Assembly (NCBI RefSeq): GCF_002113885.1
Contig: NW_018408894.1
Coordinates: forward strand, 439,869-503,868
DNA length: 64,000 nt
Direction of reading: 5' to 3'
Source: Mizuhopecten yessoensis
Lineage: Eukaryota
Shown here: one piece after another, positions 1 to 12,900 of the stretch
Position numbering within the stretch: position 1 is the stretch's first letter
Layout of the letters: each line of letters opens with the position of its first letter
Made by a program: the position numbers and the translations under genes
The notes under the pieces: generated by a model
Databases searched by the model: none
What the model was told of the DNA's origin: nothing
What the model saw: the letters and a program-made list of their open reading frames with translations, nothing else

Positions 1-194
1 GGGTAGTATTGGGTCATAGTCACGGCAATTCGGTGATGTTTTCGGCACCAAATCGCATATTTCCCGATAAAATATGGCAGATGGAAGTAAATAACGTCTA
101 CAAAGGTGATATTTCACAGTAATAAAGAAGTATTTGGTTCATAACTGGGTCGTATGGGGTAGTATTGGGTAGTATTGGGTAATTAGACGCGCCG
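1..194. mobile_element. Terminus of a DNA transposon or MITE cut by the window edge
   Basis: Subterminal GGGTAGTATT repeats ending ...AATTAGACGCGCCG followed by TA (possible Tc1/mariner-type target site); the partner end is not visible. Confidence 0.4.
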
Positions 195-966
195 TATGGG
201 GACGGCTATTCTGACGCTCGTTTATTATATGTTCCAACTATAAAAGCTGATAAATTGGTGAGCACTACTCACCTGACTTTAAATGAACAGAATGTTCCGT
301 TGATGATACCCCAGATTACCTGAAAAATGTAAAATAAAGTAGATAAATGAAGCAAAAACTGTAAAAATATAAAACAACTGTGGCAGAATCAGATGGAAAG
401 CAGAATGTGTTATTATTGTACATGTGTACAGCAATTTCAATAAAAACTTTTGAAATATCGTTTTATCAGTGTTTCCGAATAATCGTTGGGGTAAATAAAC
501 AACCTTAGGTATCAATAAATACAATTAAATGTTAATCAATATACAAACTTCGTCGTTCTGCATGTTTTTCTCAAGAGCTTGTCAAAGGGGACCACGCTTG
601 TTCATGGACGCAGACATATTGAGTTTTTCTAAAATTTCAAACGGATCCGGATTTATCTGTTCCGGAAATTTATGGCCACGTTATAAATCTCGTTTAGTAA
701 ATATAATTCAATAAGATTTATTTGAAAGTTCAGAAATACTATATATTAAGAGAAAAAATAATTTTAAAGAAATTGTTACATTATTTCTCCATACACGGAT
801 ATATATATGGAAATCCGCTGGATACGGATATGGAAATCCGTCTCCAGCTTTGCTTTCGTTTCCACCTAGATGTCACATGATTGGCAAAATGGAGACTGGA
901 TGACTTCATAATGCTGTCAGATACATCATAGAGGAAAAATGCTTTTAGACGTTTCTGAAAACGGGA

Positions 967-991
967 ATGATGCAGAATAATTTTTATTTAG
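967..991 (+). CDS. Cys-rich TM gene, putative coding exon 1 (MMQNNFYL-G)
   Basis: ATG at 967 with in-frame stops upstream; phase-1 donor G|GTTGGT at 992 completes a signal peptide with exon 2; ATTGG (CCAAT box) at ~880. Confidence 0.55.
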
Positions 992-3900
992 GTTGGTATC
1001 GTGATGACATTTTCATTCTGTTTGAACGTTTTTGAGTAAACTTGATTTAGTAAATAGTCTAATAGATATTTTTTGGTGATATTTATGTGTAACGTTTTAT
1101 TACAGCAGCCGGTATTGATTTTAATTTTGGTCAAAGGAATGTGTATACAATTGCAGAAAGACTAAAACTAAAAAGAACGTATATTTATTTGGTCTCTACA
1201 GAAGGACTTCATATTTTAACTTAATCTAGTTATTACACTACACTCAGGGATGTCCACTACACATCCCTGCTGTAGTACAAGCACTAATATACAAAATGTA
1301 AGATTATTGCCTAGAGGGACAAATGCTTGCCATACCAGATACATGAAGGGCATATGAATTCCTGCCCCACTGGGGTGTATATGTTACATTTATGCTGGCC
1401 CTTCTGTACTTAAATTGCATGATATGACATGGTGAAAGTGCATTATAAGCTAGGATGTAAATTTACTGATCAAGAATTCGAAATATAGGCAGGTTTCGGA
1501 GGTAACTTGTGGCTAAATTTATATACAAGTATATATTTACAAAAGGGATTCCTCATACATCATATAATATATATCAAGCAAAAATCATGGAATGGGCAAT
1601 TTTCAGCATTTAAATTTTTTATTAATAAATAAAGAGTTTTTTTTATTCAATGTACCTCAGTAAAACAAAAAGAAATATAAATTAGGAGTGCTAGGAGTGC
1701 TGTTTTCAGTTACGAGGGCCCTATATATGGCTCCCTCCTGGATTATCCGTGTATAATATGAGCCAATAACTACATGTATAACAAGGTAATAATCCTGGTT
1801 TGACTGCCTTCAGGAAAACTGCTCAATTAAGTAAATGTGATTGTTTCATTGTTAATAACACAAACCTGTTATTTTTAGAACATCCCTAGAGTTTTATTAT
1901 TTAACAATTAGCATTTTACACTGGTAAGGGACTAAGAAGTTTGGGGGTTACATGTAATTATCTGAAAAGGGCTTGGGAGTAAATTGGGGGTTACAGGAAT
2001 ATCTGTATTGGACATGGGAGTTTGCTGGGGTTTGGGGGTTACAGGTATATATACCTGTAAGATGTTTGGGAGTTTGGGGGTTACAGGTATATACAGTATG
2101 TGCATGTAAGATATGTTTGGGAGTTCGGGGGTTGGGGGTTACAGGTATATACAGTATGTACGTGTACCTGTAAGATGTTTTGGAGTTAGTGGGTTACAGG
2201 GGTATACCTGTAAGATGTTTTAGAGTTTGGGGGTTAAAGGTATATACTTGTAAGATGTTTGGGAGTCGCAGGTATATACCTGTAAGATGTTTGGGAGGTA
2301 TATATATATATACAGGTATATATATATATACCTGTAAGATGTTTGGGAGTTTGAGAGTTATATAGGCCGGTACATCAGTTCCCAGTTTTACAAATAAGCG
2401 TTACAAAAAATAAGGAAAATTTGTTAAGATTTTTTTCAAAATTCAAACAGTTCTGTATCTACAGAAACACTTACAAAAGTTACATGTACTTAAATTAAGG
2501 AACATTCATGAAACTGGTTTACATATAAGGGGTTTACATTGCATTGGTACATCTTTACCTGGGAGTACAGCTACACATGTACATGTGTAGATTTTGAGAT
2601 TACATGTAAGGGGTTTAAAGTATATCTATAATTCAGATAAAACCCATTGTTTTAATTTGCATACACCTGTAATCTGCATTAATAAATTTTCAATTTAGAA
2701 TTATCAACCACGTTTATGATAAAGGTGTACTATATCATGCATGATTATTTAAACTCATGCATGAACTTTTGATCTCTGATGTTATCAGTCAGACATCTGG
2801 ACACTTGACAGTTGTATAACTTTGAACGTATGATTGAGAGTATACATGTAGATATGATAAATAGTACCGTGATTCAAACAGCGATACTAGAGTGCTCACG
2901 TGTTGTAACATTCAAGGAGACTCTTGTATCAGCACTTATGTAAAAAGGATATGACCACTCTTCCTGAAACTTCTCACATGTTAAACTCTTCCTCATTATA
3001 TTTACATTTATGGTTAAAACATTTATGGAAAATAAAGGGTTATCGCTTTGAATCCTTTGCTACAGTTCCTTTTGTTAAAAACATGTTATCTGTTTAAAAA
3101 AATGTACATCTAGGCTGTTACTTAGAAACTGTTATTTTTTTTTGTTGTTTTATGTTTTATATCCTTACCTACTAACAGGTGTGGTGATGGTTGTTACCTG
3201 TCCTTTCACCCTATCTTTTGACAAGTGTGGTGAAATTTTACCTGTCTTATATCTAAACCTTACTTGTTGACATTTGTGGACTGGTGTGGTTATGTTTGTA
3301 ACTTGATTAGTAAAATTTAACTTTACCTGTTACATGTAACAGGTGTAGTAATGGTAACCTGTTGACAGGTGTAGTAATGGTTACCTGTTGACAGGCATAG
3401 TAATGGTTACGACCTGTTGACAGGTGAAGTAATAGTTACCTGTTGACAGGGATAGTAATGGTTACGACCTGTTGACAGGTGAAGTATTGGTTACCTGTTG
3501 ATAGGTGTATTAATGGTAACTTGTTGACAGGTGTAGTAAGGGTTACCTGATGACAGGTGTATTAATATTTACCTGTTGACAGGTTTGGTAATGGTTACCT
3601 ATTGACAGGTATATTATGGTTAGCTATTAAGGTAATGGCTACCTGTTGACAGGTGGGATAATGGTTACCTGTTTACAGGTATATGTATGGTTACCTGTTG
3701 AAAGGTGTATTAATGGTTAACTGTTGACAGGTATAGGAATGGGAACCTGTTGACAGGTTTGGTAATGGTTACCTATTGACAGGTATATTATGGTTAGCTA
3801 TTAACCTTGTTTTTTGTTGACAGGTGTATCATTGGAAACCAGTTGACAGGTGTGGTGATGGTTACCTGTTGAAAGGTGTATTAATGGTTAACTGTTGACA

Positions 3901-6900
3901 GGTGTACTAATGGTAACCTGTTGAGAGGTGTAGTAATGGTAACCTTTTGACAGGTGTAGTAATTGTTACCTGTTGATAGGTGTGGTAATTGTTACCTGTT
4001 GACAGGCATATTAATGGGTACCTGTTGACAGGTGTATCAATGGTAACCTGTTGAGAGGTGTAGTAATGGTAACCTTTTGACAGGTGTATTAAGGTATATA
4101 TATATATACCTTAATACACCTGTCAGCAGGTAACCATTACTACCCCTGTCAACAGGTAATCATTACCACACCTTTCAACAGGTAACCATACATATACCTG
4201 TAAACAGGTAACCATTACCTCACCCGTCAACACGTAACTTACCCTAACCATTACTATACCTGACAACAGGTAACCATTCCCCCACCTCTCAACAGGTACC
4301 CATTAATACACCTGTTGACAGGTGAAGTATTGGTTACCTGTTGATAGGCGTGGTAATGGTTACCTCTTGACATGTATCTAAATGGTTACCTGTTGGCAGG
4401 TGTATTAATATTTACCTGTTGACAGGGGTGGTAATGGTTACCTATTGACAGGTATGGTAATGGTTACCTATTGACAGGTATGGTATTGGTTACCTGTTGA
4501 CAGGTGGATTAATGCTAACCTGTTGACAGGTTTAGTAATGGTTACGGGAACTTACCTGTTGACAGTTGTATTAATGGTTACCGGTTGACAGGGGTATTAA
4601 TGGTTACCTGTTGACAGGTATAGTAATGGTTACGGTAACTTACCTGTTGACGGGTGTGGTAATGGTTACCTGTTGACAGGTGTGGTAATGGTTACCTGTT
4701 GACAGGTGTAGTAATGGTTACCTGTTGACAGGTATAGTAATTGTTACGGTAACTTACCTGTTGACGGGTGTGGGAATGGTTACCTGTTGACAGGTGTGGT
4801 ATTGGTTACCTGTTGACAGGTGTATTAATGGTTACCTGTTGACAGGTCTAGTAATGGTTACCTGTTGACAGGTGTATTAATGGTTACGGTAACTTACCTG
4901 TTGACAGGTCTAGTAATGGTTACCAGCTGTTTGACTTGTGTTTAGCTCACCTGCCCGAAGGGCAAGTGAGCTTATGCCATGGTGCGGCGTCCGTTGTCCG
5001 TCCGTCGTCCGCCCGTCGGTCCGCCCGTCGGTCCGTCGTCTGTCCGTCCGGCGTCAACTTTTTACTTTAAACAACTTCTTCTCAATAACCAAAAGGCCCT
5101 GGGTACTGATATTAGGCCTGAAGCATGCTGGGATGAAGGGCTACAAAGTTTGTTAAAATGACTGACCTTGACCCATTTTCAAGGTCACAGGGGTCAAATA
5201 TGTTAAAATCTTCAAACAACTTCTTCTCAATAACCAAAAGGTCCAGGTTACTTATATTGGGCTTGTAGCATGCTGGGATGAAGGGCTACCAAGTTTGTTC
5301 AAATGAATGACCTTGACCAATTTACAAGGTCAAAGGGGTCGAATGCATAAAACCTTCAAACGACTTCTCAATAACCAAAAGGCCCAGGGTACTAAAATTA
5401 GGCCTGTAGCATGCTGGGATGAAGGACTACCAAGTTTGTTCAAATGAATGACCTTGATCCACTTTCAACCTGATGTCCTTGTACAACATTCAAGGTCACA
5501 GGCATCATATTTTAAAATCTTTTAATAGGTTCTTATGAATCAAACACTGATATTCTTCCTGTAGCTGTTTTTAAGTCCACTTTTAAAATTACAAGTGTGA
5601 GATTAATACCAGGTGAGCGATGCAGGCCCATCGGGCCTCTTGTTTGTCGACAGGTGAAGTAATTAGTCCCCCACTGATTCCTGGGGAAGGGGACTATAGG
5701 TTTGCACACAGTCCGTCCATCCTTCCGTCCATCCTTTAGTCCAGGAAGTTATTTTGTCCGGGACATATCTTCTAGACCATTCCACCTTGAGTAATCAGCC
5801 TTGTTGTTTCCTGTTGACCTTGTTTCCTGTTGACAAGTGTAGTATGGTTAGCTATTAACCTTGTTTTCTGTTGACAGGTGTAGTATGGTTAGCTATTAAT
5901 CTTGTTTTCTGTTGACAGGTGTAGTATGGTTAGCTATTAACCTTGTTTTTTGTTGACAGGTGTAGTATGGTTAGCTATTAACCTTGTTTTCTGTTGACAA
6001 GTGTAGTATGGTTAGCTATTAACCTTGTTTTCTGTTGACAGGTATATTATGGTTAGCTATTAACCTTGTTTTTTGTTGACAGGTGTAGTATGGTTAGCTA
6101 TTAACCTTGTTTTCTGTTGACAGGCATTGTACTACTACTAGGGTGCCTGTACCACAATGTTTACCTCCTGGTAGCAAGTGATGTCAGTCCCTCTCAAGGG
6201 AATGATCTCCGTAGCTTCCCTGTCAGTCACAGAAGTGATTTCCCCTTCCTGTTCGCCGACGTTACCAACTGTACTGGTTCCAACATATCATTGTGCCAGC
6301 CTTGTGATGGAGGAAGCTTTGCCAATCACAGTGAGTTAATCTTCCTTTTTCTTCTACTGTCATATATTTAATTGATTATATATTAGTTTCACGAATAGAC
6401 AACTACAGTAGACAGTTTGTTATAGAACATATCCTAATTTCCCCTTTTATCAATCATATATCAATAATTCACCAGGGATTGTAACATAGCCATTCTAATA
6501 GGTTAAACATTATACATCAAATGTATTAGATTATACCTGGTGTTGTAGTCATTTTGACAATGATGTAGACTACTATAACCTGATTACCTGTTTAATTATG
6601 TCCCCCAAACGGAGTAAACTTCACATGATTAAAAATGGGCGTATGTAGACGTGCATTCAAGTCTTTATTTTCAGATCCTTCCTATAGCAACCACACGGCA
6701 TGGAGGCTTCTGATTGGTTGAAATTAAATATTGGTCAATTTTGCTCAAATTTCATATGTCGGTCTATTATGGCACTACGAACATAGCTCGAGGGTTTGGG
6801 GGGCTTCTGTAATTGTCCCCCATTACAATTAGTACTTGTTTTCTAGGTGTGACTGAATGTGGTTGCTGCCCCAACGAGGCTACAGGTGAATGTTACAACC

Positions 6901-9900
6901 AGAGTTTTTGTGAGGCATGCGCGGAGGGCCATGCCCAAAACCTCACGGGGAAGGAGAGTTGCTTCCCCTGTGATAAGGGACAGTACCAGGACAAGCCAGG
7001 CATGACCACATGTAAACCTTGTGCTAAAGGATATGCCACTAAGTAAGCTTGTATGAATTAAGTCAAAATTCAGTATTCAGTTAAATCAAGTAGAGAAAAA
7101 ATAATTCTTAGAAGCAGATTGATTAATTTGATACTGATTTGGTGAGGATTTTGTTACATTCTTACCGGTATGTATAATAAACATTTGCAGAAACTAAAGA
7201 ATCAGGCCATCAAATATATTTACAGCTTATTGACAATGGTAGACCATAAATTGGGATATTTTTACTGTGGTTATATCTCACTTTCTATGTGAGTTTCGAA
7301 TTTCAATAAACACATGAAGCTTTTACAGCTGTTGAACTCATCTTAAATATTTTCAGCATTGTGTCATAGTTGATCACTACATCTTGTTGCCTGATTTTAT
7401 GCACTAAATACTAGTAGAATATAAAACTCCACCAAATCTAAACCTTCCAGAGTAATCCAGAAAGTTTAGCCAGGATTTAACTGTCAAAGTTGGTGTTGTC
7501 CTGATTATTTAAGATCTAGTGAGTGATTAAGAAGTTGGTTATCATAAGAAATTAATTGCTATTTCCCCACTGATGAATGTACATTCTCAGTAGAAAGCTC
7601 TTTTGCCTTGTTGCAAATATTGTACACACTGGTTTGGTCCTCACCTTACATGTACGTCGGTTAGTGGCAAGTCACATCCTCACCTTACATGTACGTCGGT
7701 TAGTGGCAAGTCATGTCCTCACTTTACATGTACGTCGGTTAGTGGCAAGTCATGTACTCACCTTACTATTGTACGTCGGTTAGTGGCAAGTCGCGTCCTC
7801 ACCTTACATGTACTTCGGTTAGTGGCAAGTCACGTCCTCACCTTTCATGTACTTCGGTTAGTGGCAAGTCACATCCTCACCTTACATGTACGTCGGTTAG
7901 TTGCAAGTCATGTCCTCACCTTACATGTACGCCGGTTAGTGGCAAGTCATGTCCTCACCTTACATGCACGTCGGTTAGTGGCAAGTCATGTCCTCACCTT
8001 ACATGCACGTCGGTTAGTGGCAAGTCATGTCCTCACTTTACATGTACGTCGGTTAGTGGCAAGTCATGTCCTCACCTTACATGTTCTTCGGTTAGTGGCA
8101 AGTCATGTCCTCACCTTACTATTGTACGTCGGTTAGTGGCAAGTCACGTCCTCACCTTACATGTACTTCGGTTAGTGGCAAGTCACATCCTCCCCTTACA
8201 TGTACGTCGGTTAGTGGCAAGTCACGTCCTCGCCTTACATGTACTTCGGTTAGTGGCAAGTCATGTCCCCACCTTACATGTTCTTCGGTTATTGGCAAGT
8301 CATGTCCTCACCTTACTATTGTACGTCGGTTGGTGGCAAGTCACGTCCTCACCTTACATGTACGTCAGTTAGTGGCAAGTCACGTCCTGACCTTTCATGT
8401 ACGTCGGTTAGTGGCAAGTCATGTCCTCACCTTACCTGTACGTCGGTTAGTGGCAAGTCATGTCCTCACCTTACTATTGTACGTCGGTTAGGGGCAAGTC
8501 ACGTCCTCACCTTACATGTACGTCAGTTAGTGGCAAGTCACGTCCTGACCTTACATGTACGTCGGTTAGTGGCAAGTCCCGTCCTGACCTTACATGTACG
8601 TCGGTTAGTGGCAAGTCACGTCCTCCCCTTACATGTACTTCGGTTAGTGGCAAGTCACGTCCTCACCTTACATGTACGTCGGTTTATGGCAAGTCATGTC
8701 CTCACCTTACATGTACGTCGGTTAGTGGCAAGTCACGTCCTCACCTTACATGTACGTCGGTTAGTGGCAAGTCACATCCTCAACTTACAAGTGTGTCGGT
8801 TAGTGGCAAGTGACATCCTCACCTTACATGTATGTCGGTTAGTGGCAAGTCACGTCCTCACCTTACATGTACGTCGGTTAGTGGCAAGTCACGTCCTCAC
8901 CTTACATGTACGTCGGTTAGTGGCAAGTCACGTCCTCACCTTACATGTACGTCGGTTAGTGGCAAGTCACGTCCTCACCTTACATGTACGTCGGTTAGTG
9001 GCAAGTCACGTCCTCACCTTACATGTACGTCGGTTAGTGGCAAGTCACGTCCTCACCTTACATGTACGTCGGTTAGTGGCAAGTCACGTCCTCACCTTAC
9101 ATGTACGTCGGTTAGTGGCAAGTCACGTCCTCACCTTACATGTACGTCGGTTAGTGGCAAGTCACGTCCTCACCTTACATGTACGTCGGTTAGTGGCAAG
9201 TCACGTCCTCACCTTACATGTACGTCGGTTAGTGGCAAGTCACGTCCTCAACTTACATGTACGTCGGCTAGTGGCAAGTCTCGTCCTCACCTTACATGTA
9301 CAATGGTTAGTGGCAAGTCACGTCCTCAACTTTGTTTGCAGCTACTGTACATATGATGGATTTCAATCCACAGACAAAAACCTAATTCATTCCACGACAC
9401 CAATGAACTAGTACCTATGGGTTCCAGTTATCTCTTTTTAGACTTTGCTGTGTTTTCTGAAGTACAGCATGCTATAATTGTGACTGTGTACTTTGGCTTA
9501 TAGGAAGTAAAGTGATAACAACTGCATGTGCACACAAAGTTGTCCCCCCTGTTCTACCTTCATTCTCAATTTCAATTGAATGAAGCTTTTCGCAAGTGTA
9601 TAGTACTGCAAATACTGTGCATAAATTTGCAAGTCAGGGTCCTAAGCTAAAGGTCAAGGTCATTGTTACTATAAATAGAAAATGTTTGTTATCACTCTAC
9701 CTGTCTTCATTTTCCATTAGATATGAATGAAAGCACTCAGTACACAAAAATACCTTGATTGAGTTTCTGAGCCCAAAGTCAGACTGTTACTATAGTGATT
9801 TGAAATATTTGTCATCTCCTCATTATCCTATACAATGTACTAATTTCTTCTGAGATTTTCATGGAAAATTCAAAATATTACGTTTCATGTGTTCAGTACT

Positions 9901-12900
9901 TAAGTAATTCAGATGAGTTAATGTATTCGCAGTGTCATGCGACATATAAAGTCAAGGTCACTGTTACTATAAATAGAAAATGTATCCATGATTGAAATAT
10001 GAAACACTGTGTGACATTCATGTCTTACAGACCATTTATCTGGTTTATTTTTCTGTTTTAGTGTGACGGGCACTGTCAAGTGTTCAGAATGTGGAGCTGG
10101 TGAATTCACCAATGTAACAGGTTCTGCAAAATGTCTGTTGTGTCCATCAGGGAAGGTACAGCAACAAGCTGGTCAAAGCAGTTGCGAGAACTGTACTAAA
10201 GGACAATTTCAGGATGAAAAGGGGAAAATAGACTGTAAACCGTGCACAAATGGAACATTTCAGAACGAAACAGGACAATCAAGTTGTCGTAACTGTTCTC
10301 AAGGTCATTTCCAGGACTTGGAAGGTCAATTGAAGTGTAAGTTGTGTAATAGTGGAGAGTTTCAGGATGAGGAGGGACAATCTGAGTGTAAATTGTGTCC
10401 CAAGGGGAATTACCAGGCAGAGAAGGGACAGAGATTGTGTAACAAATGTGAACCAGGATTCTACCAGAATGAGACTGGTCAAATCAAGTGTCATAAATGT
10501 CCAGGAGGAACATTTCAAGATCAGCCTGGTGTGTCCACCTGTAAGCTGTGTGGAGTTGGAACATACTGTGGGTATGTATACCAGTATACCAATGTCTGGC
10601 ACCTCGGTGTCCATGTGGTAATATAAGGCCTCTGACATTCTGCTACCACTAGCCCTCCACCACTGGTACTTGCTGTAGCTATAGGTCGGTGGTTTTTCTC
10701 CGGGAACTCCAGCATTCCTCCACCACCAAAACCTAGCAGGTCCTTAAATGACCATAGCTTACAATAGGACATAAAACATAAACAAACCAAGTATACCACT
10801 GTAGGCATTTTTTGTCCAAAAAGTCCAGTGTTAACAGTTGTAAGGACCCTTAATTGTCCCACTCCAGGCAAATTTAATACTAGATAACTCCAATGTAGTT
10901 TAAGCTCCCCTTATTTATCATATGAGCTACATATTGCCATCGGTGTTTGTCTGCTTTGTGAGTTAACAATTTTCTTTTTTCAACTTCTTCTTCAGAACAA
11001 CTAGACTAATGGAGTTAAACCTCAGTACAAATATTCCTCATGAGGTCATGCACTGCTAAATGCTCTTACTTTTCGTGCCAATCTGAAAATCAAGATGGAC
11101 ACTCTCGTGTCCGATTGGCTGTGCATTTTCGACTTCTTCTCAAGAAAAGATGAATTTATGATGATTTCTTTTTTGTTTGTTTCATCCTAATTATTTTTTT
11201 GCATTAAAGTTCCACAGAGTTGCGGTTCTTTTTCAGAAATGACAAATCAATTTTGTTGTGAAAAAGGTTTTCAATACCTTGTTACAGTTTTTGGCAGTCA
11301 TCGGATCCTTAATGCTGATTTTTTTCAGTGTGAAACCTAATTAGCGATACTATGGTATAAGTTATGACTAAGTGCCATCGATTCACTATGTGTAGTAAAA
11401 CAACTTTTAACATGAACAAAAACACTTTGTTTTATGGGGTGATTTGTCAAAAAGATGTGAAGTGATCTACATTTGTATGTGTAATCTTATGGAAGAATTA
11501 CATTGTCCTTTTAAAAAATGCAAATCACTGTTAGAAGTGATTGACAAAAAGCCCTTGCTTCTTCACCAAATCACTGTTAGAAGTGATTGACAAAAAGCCC
11601 TTGCTTCTTCACCAAATCACTGTTAGAAGTGATTGACAAAAAGCCCTTGCTTCTTCACCAAATCACTGTTAGAAGTGATTGACAAAAAGCCCTTGCTTCT
11701 TCACCAAATCACTGTTAGAAGTGATTGACAAAAAGCCCTTGCTTCTTCACCAAATCACTGTTAGAAGTGATTGACAAAAAGCCCTTGCTTCTTCACCAAA
11801 TCACTGTTAGAAGTGATTGACAAAAAGCCCTTGCTTCTTCACCAAATCACTGTTAGAAGTGATTGACAAAAAGCCCTTGCTTCTTCACCAAATCACTGTT
11901 AGAAGTGATTGACAAAAAGCCCTTGCTTCTTCACCAAATCACTGTTAGAAGTGATTGACAAAAAGCCCTTGCTTCTTCACCAAATCACTGTTAGAAGTGA
12001 TTGACAAAAAGCCCTTGCTTCTTCACCAAATCACTGTTAGAAGTGATTGACAAAAAGCCCTTGCTTCTTCGCCAAATCACTGTTAGAAGTGATTGACAAA
12101 AAGCCCTTGCTTCTTCGTCAAATCACTGTTACTTTTATTATGTAATAAGCCTTTGGTCATGGAGGAAGTACTTATTCAGTTATAGGATCCCTTGATGTAC
12201 ATCCTATCTAATGGCCAATTTTACAAAGCACCTTTATACAGGTGTACAGTGTTCACTTCGCTTCTGTTTTCAATTTGTCCTTTATTTGCCACTATACATT
12301 AACTGCATGATCCTAATATGTTTATAACAATGGTATTGAAGTTACTTGAACCAGTTCCTGTGTATGTTTGTAACTGGTATGGTATTAAAGTTACTTGAAC
12401 CAGTTCCTGTGTATGTTTGTAACAATGGTATTGAATTAAGTTACTTGAACCAGTTCCTGTGTATATTTGTAACTGGTATGGTATTGAAGTTACTTGAACC
12501 AGTTCCTGTGTATGTTTGTAACAATGGTATTGAAGTTACTTGAACCAGTTCCTGTCTATGTTTGTAACTGGTATGGTATTGAAGTTACTTGAACCAGTTC
12601 CTGTGTATGTTTGTAATTGGCCATGGTATGGTATTGAAGTTACTTGAACCAGTTCCTGTGTATGTTTTTAACTGGTATGGTATTAAAGTTACTTGAACCA
12701 GTTCCTGTGTATGTTTGTAACTGGCCATGGGATGGTATTGAAGTTACTTGAACCAGTTCCTGTGTATGTTTGTAACTGGCCATGGTATGGTATTGAAGTT
12801 ACTTGAACCAGTTCCTGTGTATGTTTGTAACAATGGTATTGAAGTTACTTTAACCAGTTCTTGTGTATGTTTGTAACTGGTATGGTATCGAAGTTACTTG

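Noticed and set aside
7577-9411. Long overlapping ORFs (up to 382 aa) in intron 3
   Set aside because: Translations of a 39-bp minisatellite, open in two frames and shifted by 41-bp units; exons 3 and 4 join in phase without them.
11521-12130. CRISPR-like appearance of regular arrays (here and elsewhere)
   Set aside because: Head-to-tail repeats without unique spacers, no cas genes, and an intron-containing eukaryotic context.
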